IMG/VR virus record: IMGVR_UViG_3300028048_003227
Location: 32,001-96,000 of that record
Origin: a virus
Taxonomy: Duplodnaviria > Caudoviricetes
Reading direction: 5' to 3' (one strand)
DNA length: 64,000 nucleotides
Below the pieces are notes generated by a model, which was not told where the DNA came from, did not search any database, and was given only the letters and a program-made list of their open reading frames with translations. The stretch's first letter is position 1, and every line of letters starts with the position of its first letter. This document shows, piece by piece, positions 20,563 through 31,430 of the stretch. The position numbers were made by a program, and so were the translations under genes.

Positions 20563-22707
20563 ATGATGAATGTTAGAAAGAGTGATGGTTCGTATGAACC
20601 TTATGATCCTAGTAAAGTAAAAAGTGGAATATTTGCAGCATATAAACATGCAAAACAAAAATTTGACGATAATGTTGCAAATGAAATAGTTGAACATTTA
20701 GATATTTTTGATGGTATGTCAACAACGGATATTAGAGATGTTGTTGAAGATCAATTAATGTCTATTAATAAAAAAGTGGCGAAGGCTTATATAAAACACG
20801 GAGAAGATTTATCTTTTATTAAAAACAGAATTAAATATATGGATGAATATATGAATTCTGACGATAATGCAGCATCCTCTTCGGAGACCGACCCCAACGC
20901 AAATATTACAAATAAAAATGTTTCTAATCTCGATGGTGAGGTATATAAAATAACGAATCGTAAAAGTCATCGATATAGAATGCATCGTGAATTAAAAAAG
21001 ACCTTTCCTGAAGTAGCTGATCAATATGAAAAAGATATAGATAATCATATTATATATATTCACGATGAGGCCTCATCTCCATCCGTAAAAAATTATTGCG
21101 AAGCAGTGTCTCTTTATCCATTATTAATTGACGGGACAAAGAATATGGATGGACTTAACATAACAGCTCCGAAAAATCTTAATTCTTTTTGTGGTCAACT
21201 TGTTAATTTAACGTTTTTACTTGCAAGTCAATGTAAAGGTGCTGTGGCTTTTGGGGAATTTTTTAATTTTCTTGATTATTTTTGCGCGAAAGAATTTGGT
21301 GACGATTATATAAATCATCTTGATGATTGGGCAGACACGGAACTTATAAAAAATAGAAAAACAGTACACGAGAAAATTCACCAAGCGTTTCAACAAATTA
21401 TATATTGCATAAATCAACCGAGTGGAAACAGATCCGCGCAATCCCCATTTACAAATATTTCTTATTATGATTCCGGATATTGGCATTCTCTTTTTGATAA
21501 TTTTTATTTTCCTGACGGATCTAAACCTTCTTGGGAAAGGGTGAGCTGGTTGCAAAAAGATTTTATGAAATGGTTTAATGCCGAAAGGAGCAAAACACTT
21601 TTAACATTCCCGGTGGAAACAATGGCGCTTCTTACAGATGGTTATGATGTGATAGATAAAGAATATAAAGATTTTACTGCGGAGATGTGGGCAGAGGGTC
21701 ATTCGTTCTTCCTTTATCTCTCTGATAGCCCGGATAGTTTAGCATCATGTTGTCGTCTACGCAATTCTTTAGCACCTGATGCAAAAGAATTTAGTTTTAC
21801 TAATGGATTATCTGGAGTTATGACGGGGTCATGTAATGTAATTACCTTAAATCTTAATAGAATAATTCAAAATTATTTTAGATCCATCGGAGATAAAGAT
21901 CCCGTTACAAAGAAGCGCGAATATAAAACACAAGAGTTTGAAAAATATTTTTGCAATATAGTTAATAGGGTTATTAAATATCATATCGCATACAAAAACC
22001 TTTTATATGATGTAGAAAAGAAAGGTATGTTATCTGCATCCACTGCGGGATATATAACTATGAACAAACTATTCTCTACAATTGGAGTTAATGGATTTAA
22101 TGAGGCTGCTGAATATGTAGGGTTAAAATGTAGTTATAATGATGATTATAAAGAATTTTGCCAATATTTAACTGGGCTGATTTCCAGAGAAGAAGATAAA
22201 ATAACTGATAAACGGTATAAAATGAATCTTGAATTTGTACCCGCAGAAAGTCTTGGTGGAAAGAATTATAATTGGGATAAAGAAGATGGTTATTGGGTAC
22301 CAAATAATAGAGTTCTTTATAATTCATATTTTTATCTCGCGGATGATCCAAAAACATCAGTTCTTGATAAACTTAGAATGCATGGACGAGACTTTGTAAA
22401 GAATCTTTCCGGTGGTGTTGGATGTCATATCAATCTTGATTCTCATCTATCTAAAGAACAATATTTAAAATTAATGGATTTCGCCATTGCTAACGGTACA
22501 AATTATTATACGTTTAATATTAAACAATGTTCATGTGATAAATGCAATCATATTGAAAAAACCCATTTTAGTGTTTGTCCTAAATGTGGTTCAACAGAAA
22601 CAACAGACTGGACAAGAATTATTGGTTATCTCCGACCGGTTAAAAATTTTGAGAATGCTCGAAAGATAGAAGAATCAAAAAGGGTTTACAGTAAAGAGAT
22701 TGAGTGA
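20563..22707 (+). CDS. nrdD: Anaerobic ribonucleoside-triphosphate reductase (class III) with ATP cone
   Basis: ATP cone 'VRKSDG', 'IYIHD', 'SCCRL', 'PAES', CxxC...CPKCG, glycyl-radical loop 'RIIGYL'. Confidence 0.95.
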   Translation: MMNVRKSDGSYEPYDPSKVKSGIFAAYKHAKQKFDDNVANEIVEHLDIFDGMSTTDIRDVVEDQLMSINKKVAKAYIKHGEDLSFIKNRIKYMDEYMNSDDNAASSSETDPNANITNKNVSNLDGEVYKITNRKSHRYRMHRELKKTFPEVADQYEKDIDNHIIYIHDEASSPSVKNYCEAVSLYPLLIDGTKNMDGLNITAPKNLNSFCGQLVNLTFLLASQCKGAVAFGEFFNFLDYFCAKEFGDDYINHLDDWADTELIKNRKTVHEKIHQAFQQIIYCINQPSGNRSAQSPFTNISYYDSGYWHSLFDNFYFPDGSKPSWERVSWLQKDFMKWFNAERSKTLLTFPVETMALLTDGYDVIDKEYKDFTAEMWAEGHSFFLYLSDSPDSLASCCRLRNSLAPDAKEFSFTNGLSGVMTGSCNVITLNLNRIIQNYFRSIGDKDPVTKKREYKTQEFEKYFCNIVNRVIKYHIAYKNLLYDVEKKGMLSASTAGYITMNKLFSTIGVNGFNEAAEYVGLKCSYNDDYKEFCQYLTGLISREEDKITDKRYKMNLEFVPAESLGGKNYNWDKEDGYWVPNNRVLYNSYFYLADDPKTSVLDKLRMHGRDFVKNLSGGVGCHINLDSHLSKEQYLKLMDFAIANGTNYYTFNIKQCSCDKCNHIEKTHFSVCPKCGSTETTDWTRIIGYLRPVKNFENARKIEESKRVYSKEIE

Positions 22708-22790
22708 TCAATCTCTTTTTTAATGGATTGAAATGCGCGGGTTGAAGCGAGTTGATTTAATTTTTAAGCACAATTTGTTATTATTTATAT

Positions 22791-23867
22791 ATGAAAGAAA
22801 ACATTGGAAAATTTCCTATTTCAAAAGAAGAATTGTTTGATTTATATATCAATAAACAGATGACGTGTAAAGAGATAGGAGAACTTATAAATGTCAGTAA
22901 AGAAAAGGTGTTGTGGTGGATTAAAAAATTTAAAATTCCCGTTAGATCAACTGGTAATATAAAAGGAAAAGAATATCACTTTAAAGCTCATAATAAAATT
23001 AATTTTGATAATGATCACTTAGCGGAAGTATATTTATCAGGATATACAATGAAAGAAATGGAAAAAATTTTTCATTGTAGCAGAGATGCTATACGAAATC
23101 AAGTAAAACACCTAGGATTAAAAAGATCTCCAGAAATATGCAAGCAATTGTTGTCGACAGCCAGAGCAGATACTTCAAAAGATGATTTGATAATATCATT
23201 ATATGAACAAGGATTATCAAGCACGGAAATATCTAATATATTAAATTGGACTTCCGTTACAATTTTAAATCACTTACGCAAAGCAAATAAAACATCTAGA
23301 TCTTTATCAGAATCACAATTCGCTCATAATAAAAAAGAATATCCCGAAGATTTAGATAATTTTGAAAAATTATATGATATGTATATTTCAAATCGTATGT
23401 CGAAAAAAGATATAGGATTTCAATATAATGTAGCTCCAGCTGTTGTTGATAGTAGATTAAAAAAATTTGGTATTAAAATAAGAGGAGTATCCGAAACGAT
23501 GAAGGGACGGTTTATAGGGGAAAATCATCCAAATTGGAAAGGCGGAAGATCTGGATTATATATAAGATTAAGAGAATATTTTGCGGTTAATCAAATAAAA
23601 GACATATTAAAGAGGGATCAATATAAATGTCAATTATGTGGTAGTAAGAAAAAATTACAAGTTCATCATATAGTACCTTTTAAAAACATATTTGACGATA
23701 TACTTAATGAGCATCCTGAATTAGATATTATTAAAAATGAACATGAATTATATGATATAATGAGAAATGATCCCAGATTAAATAATATGGATAATTTGAT
23801 CACATATTGTAAAGAATGTCATTTATTTAAAGTTCATGGCTATAAAAAATCTATAAGAAATGATTAA
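22791..23867 (+). CDS. HNH homing endonuclease with HTH repeats
   Basis: 'GENHPNWKGG', 'RDQYKCQLCG...LQVHHI...NLITYCKECH'; sits between nrdD and nrdG. Confidence 0.85.
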   Translation: MKENIGKFPISKEELFDLYINKQMTCKEIGELINVSKEKVLWWIKKFKIPVRSTGNIKGKEYHFKAHNKINFDNDHLAEVYLSGYTMKEMEKIFHCSRDAIRNQVKHLGLKRSPEICKQLLSTARADTSKDDLIISLYEQGLSSTEISNILNWTSVTILNHLRKANKTSRSLSESQFAHNKKEYPEDLDNFEKLYDMYISNRMSKKDIGFQYNVAPAVVDSRLKKFGIKIRGVSETMKGRFIGENHPNWKGGRSGLYIRLREYFAVNQIKDILKRDQYKCQLCGSKKKLQVHHIVPFKNIFDDILNEHPELDIIKNEHELYDIMRNDPRLNNMDNLITYCKECHLFKVHGYKKSIRND

Positions 23868-24339
23868 ATACGTACCAGAAGATACACAAGTAACATTTGC
23901 AGAGATCCCAGATGAGATCACACTCTGCATTAATCTAAGTGGTTGTCCTCATAGTTGTTATGGTTGTCACAGCAAGTACCTAAGAGGAGATATTGGTGAA
24001 GAGTTAACAAATGAAGCCCTGCATGATCTTATTAAAAAGAACCCTGGAGTGACCTGTGTTTGTTTCATGGGTGGAGACGGGGATAAAGATAGACTTATTG
24101 AGTTGGCGAAGGATGTGGCGGATGTAGGGCTTAAAGTGGGTTGGTATAGTGGGGAAGAAGAAGTGAGTATGTATAAATACGGATGGTACTTCGACTATAT
24201 CAAAGTTGGTCCGTACAACGAAAGCCTAGGTCCCCTCAACTCCCCTACTACCAACCAAAGATTATATAAGATTGGAAGATTATATAATCAAGGACAAATT
24301 ATAAGCGAAGATATAACAAATAAATTTTGGAATAAATGA
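23860..24339 (+). CDS. nrdG: Anaerobic RNR activating enzyme (radical SAM)
   Basis: 'EIPDEITL', CxxxCxxC 'GCPHSCYGCHS', 'TTNQRLY'. Confidence 0.92.
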   Translation: MIKYVPEDTQVTFAEIPDEITLCINLSGCPHSCYGCHSKYLRGDIGEELTNEALHDLIKKNPGVTCVCFMGGDGDKDRLIELAKDVADVGLKVGWYSGEEEVSMYKYGWYFDYIKVGPYNESLGPLNSPTTNQRLYKIGRLYNQGQIISEDITNKFWNK

Positions 24340-24635
24340 TTACAATTGATGATTATGGTGAGTTCATCACTGCTATAAACGATCATGATGTTTGCCTAGT
24401 GAAGATAGGAGCTGAGTGGTGTGGTCAATGTAAAGTGGTTCAAAAAACTATAGAAGATATTGAAAAATCACACAGTGATGTATATTTTATTAATGTAGAT
24501 GCAGATGAGGCTGAAGATATAATTGAAAAATTTAATATTAGAAATATCCCTGTAACTATTGTTATTAAAAAGGGTCAAGTTGATTCAAGGGTAGTTGGGA
24601 TACAGTCTCAAGCAGAATTAGAGAGTAGACTTTAA
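24336..24635 (+). CDS. Thioredoxin
   Basis: 'AEWCGQCK' and cis-Pro 'NIP'. Confidence 0.85.
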   Translation: MITIDDYGEFITAINDHDVCLVKIGAEWCGQCKVVQKTIEDIEKSHSDVYFINVDADEAEDIIEKFNIRNIPVTIVIKKGQVDSRVVGIQSQAELESRL

Positions 24636-24650
24636 ATAAATTTATATATA

Positions 24651-25250
24651 ATGAAAAAAGTTGTTTTTAAAGGTATTGTTAATGACAAAGAGTTTGACAA
24701 TGTAAATGATTATAATGAAGAAATGAGTAAACTTATAAGAGAAGGCGTTTCTATAAGTGCATCATCTTCAACACAGTTGGTTGACGAACCAGAGAAAACT
24801 AAGGAAGAACCTGCAGAGAAAACCGTAGAGGAAGATAAACCCACAGTAGAAAGATATATTGACATTCTTGATTCAATACTTTCTCCTTATTTTGGGGAGG
24901 GTCCTTATTATCTTGATGTTGTCTCTGGGGACGAAGAGCTTGATAAAAGGGCGTTAGAAAAAGTCAAAAATGATCTTACTGATGCTAAGACGAGACTCGA
25001 AAAAGTACTTGATATGGAACACTTTAGTCTTGATGAAGCACTTGAAGCCATGTCTAGGTATAAGTCCATTCGTGATAATATTGTTGAAGACTCTTACCAG
25101 AATGAAACAGTTATCAGAGATCTTGAACAGGAGATTGAAAAGGATAAAACTAAACTTAATACCCTTCGGAGTTCCAAACCATTTATTAAGGAGTTTCTCG
25201 AGGGATACACAGATCTGTTTAATAGTATTCGCCAATATTTGTTGAGTTAA
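24651..25250 (+). CDS. Hypothetical protein
   Basis: 199-aa ORF in operon context. Confidence 0.6.
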   Translation: MKKVVFKGIVNDKEFDNVNDYNEEMSKLIREGVSISASSSTQLVDEPEKTKEEPAEKTVEEDKPTVERYIDILDSILSPYFGEGPYYLDVVSGDEELDKRALEKVKNDLTDAKTRLEKVLDMEHFSLDEALEAMSRYKSIRDNIVEDSYQNETVIRDLEQEIEKDKTKLNTLRSSKPFIKEFLEGYTDLFNSIRQYLLS

Positions 25251-25314
25251 CTATTGTTTTTATTGGATAAGGGGGATTTCAGAAAGAATCCCCTTTATTT
25301 TTATATATTCTATC

Positions 25315-25731
25315 ATGAGTGTTTATTCTGATAATTATAACAAAGCCCTAGCCGGTTATAATAAGATTAAGTCGTGCATCGAATCCTGTACCTCTCTCGA
25401 ACATCTCGAAGGGGTACAAAGAATAATCAATGGGTGGTTGGAAATAGTTGGTAATTATGCCGAAGAGATATTCTGTGATAAATCTATTGGTGGTCGTAGG
25501 AAGAGGAAGAAAGCAGCCGAAGACTATTCACAGGTCATAACAACTATGTTTAGTGATATTAAATCTAACTTTGAAAATAAAAACATGGAACTGATCCCGG
25601 AGGATTATGAAAGTGTATATAAACCCGTCAGGATTCGTTCAATTCAAGAATACAATGAACCGATTAGAGAAAATTTTAGCTACGATAACGGGAGTGTTAT
25701 TGCTCTTTGTGACACTCCTGATAGCGAGTGA
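25315..25731 (+). CDS. Hypothetical protein
   Basis: 138-aa ORF. Confidence 0.55.
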   Translation: MSVYSDNYNKALAGYNKIKSCIESCTSLEHLEGVQRIINGWLEIVGNYAEEIFCDKSIGGRRKRKKAAEDYSQVITTMFSDIKSNFENKNMELIPEDYESVYKPVRIRSIQEYNEPIRENFSYDNGSVIALCDTPDSE

Positions 25732-26353
25732 GTGTAGTACTTATCGTAAAAGTAAAACATGGGAACATAACTACAGGGTCATGCGGGACTCTATGACTAT
25801 TGTACAAACAAAGCTGGGTGAGACACTTGCCGAGCGCGGATCTCTCATTTTAGATAAACGTGAACTTGAGGACGCTCTTGGTATATCACATGATCAAATT
25901 AAATCTTATGAAAAGACCCTTGGGAGTAAACTTGCTTATATAAGTAAACTTGAAAGCCAACTACAGGTGAAGGACACAGTCACATTGACAAAAGTCGTTC
26001 ATGATACGTTAAGTAATTCATATACAGGTAGTTACAACGATGAGTGGATGTCTTTTAATCAAAAATTTATCCTAGATAAGAATCCCAGATTTGAAGTATA
26101 TGACATCAGCATGAATGTACCTCTTAAGGTCGGACTAACTAATGACTATACTATCTTCGTCACATCTCCCAATCCATACTTTCATCCAACGGATATAGAG
26201 GGGGCTGTGATAGATGGAAGTAGATTCACTAAAAAACAAAGGCGATTGAATATAGGATTGTATGGTGGTGTTGGTATAGGATATGGGATGATTGGAAAAC
26301 AGCTTGATATTGGACCTCAGGTAGGAGTAGGGATAGGATACAGGATATTATAA
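25655..26353 (+). CDS. Membrane-anchored protein (possible spanin-like envelope protein)
   Basis: N-terminal TM helix, coiled coil, Gly-rich C-terminal beta strands 'GVGIGYG...GVGIGYRIL'. Confidence 0.5.
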   Translation: MNRLEKILATITGVLLLFVTLLIASECSTYRKSKTWEHNYRVMRDSMTIVQTKLGETLAERGSLILDKRELEDALGISHDQIKSYEKTLGSKLAYISKLESQLQVKDTVTLTKVVHDTLSNSYTGSYNDEWMSFNQKFILDKNPRFEVYDISMNVPLKVGLTNDYTIFVTSPNPYFHPTDIEGAVIDGSRFTKKQRRLNIGLYGGVGIGYGMIGKQLDIGPQVGVGIGYRIL

Positions 26354-26658
26354 AAATTAAACACATCCGGATGGATGTGTTTTTTAGTATTAGTAGTAAA
26401 TTTTTAAAAGGGATTTGATAAATATATTCATAAAATGATTTGGTATGAATGTTTTTAGTGATATTATTGGTGTTGAAGATGGATACAATGAGAACGGCAA
26501 ACAGCTGTACTCATTCGATTTCACCGAAAAACAAATAAATGTTCTCAAGGCGGCATTATACTTCGCTGAGTTACTGAAAACCAAAAGTGGTATGCGGTTG
26601 TATAAAACCTTTTGTGAAGCGGTGAATGATGATATGGACAAAGTAATACTTTCAAAAT

Positions 26659-27279
26659 ATGAGTAAAAAGGTTAGCTCAAAGGTTTGGACGCTTGTTAAT
26701 AACATCGAACCTGGTGTTAGTAAAAATATTGATTGGGAAACTGCCTGGAACAAGTTAGCGACCTGGGGAGGATTTGAAGGAGGACTTGAGACTAAAGCTG
26801 ATGGCACCACGTTGTTTGATATTTGGATTGAAGGACAGAAGATCAAAGTCCTTAATATCAAGGATGGATGGAATACAAAAGAAGCTGATTGGAACTGGGA
26901 TCAGGTCTTTGGACAGGCATTGGATTATATATTTTCCGAAGGCCTTATCAAGAAGCCTCGGGCTCGGAGGAAAGATGCGAAGGTAAAGAAGGTTGCAAAA
27001 GCCGTCATAAATCGCACAAAAACCGCGCAAATTTCGATGCAAACAGAAAAGATGAGTAATTCTATTGCCGAGCACGAGAAAGCGCTTAAAAACAAAGAAT
27101 TTGAGAAGGAGTGGTATAGCGAGAAGAATTTGCAGGAGATGAAGAAACGCCTGGGTAATCTTTCTGTCAAAAAGAGTGGTTGGAAAAAGAAAGGTAAGGA
27201 CCTGAGCGGGTTAGAGGAAGAGATTGAGGAAGTGAGGAAAAATATCAAAGACATTAAAGATAGGTTGAAAGTTTTGTAA
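26659..27279 (+). CDS. Hypothetical basic protein
   Basis: 206-aa ORF. Confidence 0.55.
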   Translation: MSKKVSSKVWTLVNNIEPGVSKNIDWETAWNKLATWGGFEGGLETKADGTTLFDIWIEGQKIKVLNIKDGWNTKEADWNWDQVFGQALDYIFSEGLIKKPRARRKDAKVKKVAKAVINRTKTAQISMQTEKMSNSIAEHEKALKNKEFEKEWYSEKNLQEMKKRLGNLSVKKSGWKKKGKDLSGLEEEIEEVRKNIKDIKDRLKVL

Positions 27280-27452
27280 TTATAATCATGAAGGTATTTA
27301 AAGTCATATATGAAAGTTTGAATGGTGCTACGAAAGTAGTACAGGTGTCTGCCCCATCAGAGAAGGATGTGGTGGAGTATGTGTTTAATCGTTATCCGGA
27401 TTGTTTTCAAGTTATCTCTCCAGATCCTCGCTACCTGTAAATAAAAACAAAA

Positions 27453-28043
27453 GTGGTCATGAAAAATTTTCCGTTTGAACATAATGGCGCGACTTACTGG
27501 TATAGTCGTTCAGTTGCTTGTTCGATGTACGTGTTCGTGTATGATAAATCGAGTAAAAAATGGTATGTATTGGCATCCAAACGAGGAACGGGTTGTCCTT
27601 CTAATGTAGGCAAGTGGAATGTCCCTGGTGGATATCTCGATTTTGATGAATCTCTTGAAGAAGCCGCTGTGCGAGAATGTTTTGAGGAGACTGGGGTGCA
27701 AGTAGACGTATCTAATGTTAAGCTTGCATCAATTTCTACTAATTTATTTTCAAACACACAGAACGTAGTTTGCTCGTTTTATAAAGTTATCCATGTTCCC
27801 AATAGATCTGCTGTAACAAACATGTTTTCGAGGGATCATTGTGAGAAAGATGAAGTAGAAGATATTAAACTATTCAGAGTATCTGAGTTTTATGATAATT
27901 GTATGCAAATGAAAAGCATATTTGCTTTTGGGCATGATAAAATGATTCGCGAAATATTTGAAAAGAGGATTGATATTCCATTTTGGAAGAGATGGATCAT
28001 TAATCTTTCAAACAAATTGACGAAAATAAACATCGATATTTAG
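27453..28043 (+). CDS. Nudix hydrolase
   Basis: Nudix box 'PGGYLDFDESLEEAAVRECFEETG'. Confidence 0.92.
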   Translation: MVMKNFPFEHNGATYWYSRSVACSMYVFVYDKSSKKWYVLASKRGTGCPSNVGKWNVPGGYLDFDESLEEAAVRECFEETGVQVDVSNVKLASISTNLFSNTQNVVCSFYKVIHVPNRSAVTNMFSRDHCEKDEVEDIKLFRVSEFYDNCMQMKSIFAFGHDKMIREIFEKRIDIPFWKRWIINLSNKLTKINIDI

Positions 28044-28487
28044 TAATATGCTTTTAGGTCATTTAGATTATCAGATAACAAATTTAAAACACCCCCATCT
28101 TGGAGAAGACGGAGGGTGTGTATACGATGATCTCGGATGGTATGTTTGGATAAGAGAAAATGAGTTATGTGACGAGGTGAAAGACGCATTCGGCTTAAAT
28201 ATCAGCCCAACTGAAAATCACGAGATCTGTAAAGATTTGGCTTACAAATTATGGTATTTTTTTCAAAATAAACGTAGTTTAATGGGGACTTTTGGCACCG
28301 ATTACGATAGAGATATAAGAGAAATTTATAAAGATGAAAAATGAACATAGGAATAGGAGAAAAATTTAAAATGAATGGAAAGACCTGGCGGATTGTCGAT
28401 ATTCGAGAAGGTAAATATATCTGTCAGAATAAGGGTGATGGAAAGATCGAATTAACCAAAGAACAAATCAAAATATACTTTAATTAA

Positions 28488-29105
28488 ATGGATCGGATAC
28501 ATATACATCTTGATACTGGAGATAAGTGTTGGTTTACTAGCGATCAACATTTTTGTCACATCAATATAATGATATTTTGTCATCGACCGTGGGATGATAT
28601 TAATGAAATGAATCGAGGGATTACTGACAATTGGAATGAGGTTGTTGGGAATAACGATGTTGTTTTTATATTAGGCGATTTTCATTGGTTGAAGGACCCT
28701 GTTGCTATTACTAAAAAGATAAAAGAGTTGAAAGGTGGAGTTATTTATATTCTCCCAGGAAATCATGATTCGGTTGATGTGCTCAATAAGATTAAAGATA
28801 AAAGAGTGAAGGTGATCTCTGATACTGCGGTGGTTTTTCTTAGTGGGCTGGATTATGATAAACCATTCAAAGAATACGAATTTATGATTTCTCATTTCCC
28901 TCTAGCCACTTGGCCTCACTTTAGAAACGGGGTGATTAATCTCCATGGACATATCCATAGTGGACCGAGAGTAAAAAATGAGGTGGATGTCCCTGGTGTA
29001 GACTTGTTCCTTAAACCAAATCTTACATATGATGTGGGAGTAGATAACAACGAATATTATCCAGTTGAGATAAGAGATATATTAAATAAATTAGGAAAGA
29101 TATGA
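28488..29105 (+). CDS. Calcineurin-like metallophosphoesterase
   Basis: 'SDQHF', 'LGDF', 'GNHD', 'HGHIH', 'DVGVD'. Confidence 0.9.
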   Translation: MDRIHIHLDTGDKCWFTSDQHFCHINIMIFCHRPWDDINEMNRGITDNWNEVVGNNDVVFILGDFHWLKDPVAITKKIKELKGGVIYILPGNHDSVDVLNKIKDKRVKVISDTAVVFLSGLDYDKPFKEYEFMISHFPLATWPHFRNGVINLHGHIHSGPRVKNEVDVPGVDLFLKPNLTYDVGVDNNEYYPVEIRDILNKLGKI

Positions 29106-29908
29106 AAATTACAAGAGCAGGATTAGCTGTTATTAAAGAGATTTGCAAAAATTGTAAAGACTATTACGATATAGATCTGCACAATTATTCAGTGGATGAT
29201 CTCGTTGATATTATTAAGGACAACTTTGACAATTACTGGAAGAGTATTAAGGAGCATTCATTTTTTGAAGACGCCGTGTTTAATGATTTGAATGAACTAT
29301 GGGAGTACAGTTCTACACTACTTATATATTTCACTAAAGAATTTCTTGATGATTGTATAAGCAATCGGAGCATCTCTATCTCATGGGAGACAGCGGGGGA
29401 AGATCTTATTGAAGTAAATCCGAAAACACTTGAACATATTAGTATTGAAGAAGATAAAGAGAATAAAAAACAATTAGTAAAAGAAGTTATGGAAGGTATC
29501 GAGAAGAAAAAGAGTCTAAAGGATTTCCTGGATGATTCTAGGTCTTATAAACAGTTTAGAGACAATATAGAAAATATCCTTATGTGGATCGATTGGGAAA
29601 AAATTCATAAGATAATGAAGGTCCTACGGTGGACCTGGGCAGGATGGACGGATTTTGAAGGAAACGAGCACTATAATTCCATCCCGGACAAGTATGGACT
29701 TAAAAAAGAGGTTCTTCATAGAATCCACGAGATGGAGGAGTGGATTGGTGAACACCCGGACGCTACCGAATATCATTCGGGAACTGCTGGATTCGAGTAT
29801 GAGATGACTGTGTGTGATCCTGAGAACGAGAACGACCCTGATGATTATGACAACCGTGTAAGATTTATTGTAAGATTTGTGGTTGAAGAATTTGATAATG
29901 GGATGTAA
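29102..29908 (+). CDS. Hypothetical protein
   Basis: 268-aa ORF. Confidence 0.55.
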   Translation: MKITRAGLAVIKEICKNCKDYYDIDLHNYSVDDLVDIIKDNFDNYWKSIKEHSFFEDAVFNDLNELWEYSSTLLIYFTKEFLDDCISNRSISISWETAGEDLIEVNPKTLEHISIEEDKENKKQLVKEVMEGIEKKKSLKDFLDDSRSYKQFRDNIENILMWIDWEKIHKIMKVLRWTWAGWTDFEGNEHYNSIPDKYGLKKEVLHRIHEMEEWIGEHPDATEYHSGTAGFEYEMTVCDPENENDPDDYDNRVRFIVRFVVEEFDNGM

Positions 29909-30223
29909 ATTTTTTAAGTAGGTTTTGTAATTATAATCATGAAAGATAAAAAATTATATCCTGTATTTCGCGTTGATGTTTGTTTTACATCATACGCCAT
30001 GGAATATAAACTCATAGGCGCAAAAAATGTTAAAGATTTGCGACAGCACATTAAAGCCATAGTGTCCGATTACGGACTTGGCGAGGAAGAACTGTCTGAC
30101 CTTGAAACCGGAAAGCGAGATGCAGATAGAATCGTTAAGATGAAACATGTATATACAGATAAACCATACGAAATACTTGATTCATTCTCATATTATGAGT
30201 AAATTCAAACGAATTAAAGAAGC

Positions 30224-30589
30224 ATGGCACAGGAAGAAAAACAACTACTCATTAAAAACCTTCATGCAAGACTGCCTTATGGAGTAATATGTGAACTATC
30301 TAATAATATAGTCAATATAATAGAAAGACTTGAATTTGGTGGGCTTGAACAATTTATCACCGGAAATATAAACGTCCGACCTTATCTCCGTCCTATATCA
30401 AGTATGACTGAAGAAGAAGAGGAATGGCGATTTTATAAGGGTAGGGTTGCTGAAAGTTGTGATGAGATGCTTGAGGAGAGAATCGCAGAATTGCATGATT
30501 GGTTTAATGCACATCACTTTGATTATCATGGTCTCATTAAAAAGGGTTTGGCTCTTGAAGCGCCCGAAGGAATGTATAAAACTGAATAA
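30224..30589 (+). CDS. Paralogue family B (ARLPY / PYLRP / GLALEAP), copy 1
   Basis: Shares three conserved blocks with 45445, 49973 and 51125. Confidence 0.7.
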   Translation: MAQEEKQLLIKNLHARLPYGVICELSNNIVNIIERLEFGGLEQFITGNINVRPYLRPISSMTEEEEEWRFYKGRVAESCDEMLEERIAELHDWFNAHHFDYHGLIKKGLALEAPEGMYKTE

Positions 30590-30592
30590 ATT

Positions 30593-31114
30593 ATGGTAAG
30601 AGAAGATAATATCATTGTTCCTCACTGGTTTCTCGAAGTAGTAGAAAATGCGCTTCGGATTCAGAACGATATCAATCTTGATAAAAAGACTGGAGAAACC
30701 TGCCAAGACCGAAACATTAGACAATCACTTAATGGAATAAGAAAACTCTTAAACGGAGAAGAATTGACAGGTATGGAGCGGCTTGAAAAGTTGCGACCTT
30801 CCCTGCCTTTCAACCCCGACGAGGCAGCATTAAAGGCATATCCAAAGATGCCGCGATTATCAGAACCTCACGGTGTGATTCCAGCCGACAATGAAACACA
30901 CTATTTAGGTGATGCAAATGAAGAAAATAGAAATGCTTTCAAAGCCGGAGCAGAATGGATGGCAGAGCAGGGATATAGTCAAGAAGAAACCGTAGAAGAT
31001 AAGTGTCTTGAAGTCGGATATGGCACACTTCCTGGAATATCTCCAATTATCAATTTACCGGATTCATTCAAACCAGGCGAAAAGGTAATTGTTCAAATTC
31101 GAAAGAAACAGTAA
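30593..31114 (+). CDS. Mosaic family C protein (FKAGAEWM module)
   Basis: C-terminal module shared with 44437 and 42834. Confidence 0.65.
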   Translation: MVREDNIIVPHWFLEVVENALRIQNDINLDKKTGETCQDRNIRQSLNGIRKLLNGEELTGMERLEKLRPSLPFNPDEAALKAYPKMPRLSEPHGVIPADNETHYLGDANEENRNAFKAGAEWMAEQGYSQEETVEDKCLEVGYGTLPGISPIINLPDSFKPGEKVIVQIRKKQ

Positions 31115-31219
31115 TCATGACTACATTCAATTTAATAATGGCACTTCTATATACTGCTATCTTGTTCTTTTTTATTGGTATGGTGGTAGCAGATAGAACT
31201 CGAAAGAAATAGTAACTAC

Positions 31220-31430
31220 AGGGTGCGATATTGAAAAATGGGTTATAGTAATGCCCTTGCGTGAACCCATGAGTCTAAATTGAAATTGTATAATGGATAT
31301 TCCGGAGTAGTTCGTCGGTATCATTTGGGTTTAGAACGTGATTGTTCCCATTATGCTTACTTGCAAGATTTCAACCAGCGACAGACCACGGAGTAATTTC
31401 CAAGGAATACACTAACAAGGGACGCACCCT
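31220..31430 (+). ncRNA. Unassigned structured RNA with predicted pseudoknot
   Basis: Terminal stem AGGGTGCG/CGCACCCT; ATGGGTT/AACCCAT hairpin whose loop CCCTTG can pair with CAAGGG near the 3' end; no ORF in the track. Confidence 0.55.

Noticed and set aside
20563-22707. Intein or intron in nrdD
   Set aside because: Length and motif spacing are normal; the HNH gene lies after the stop codon
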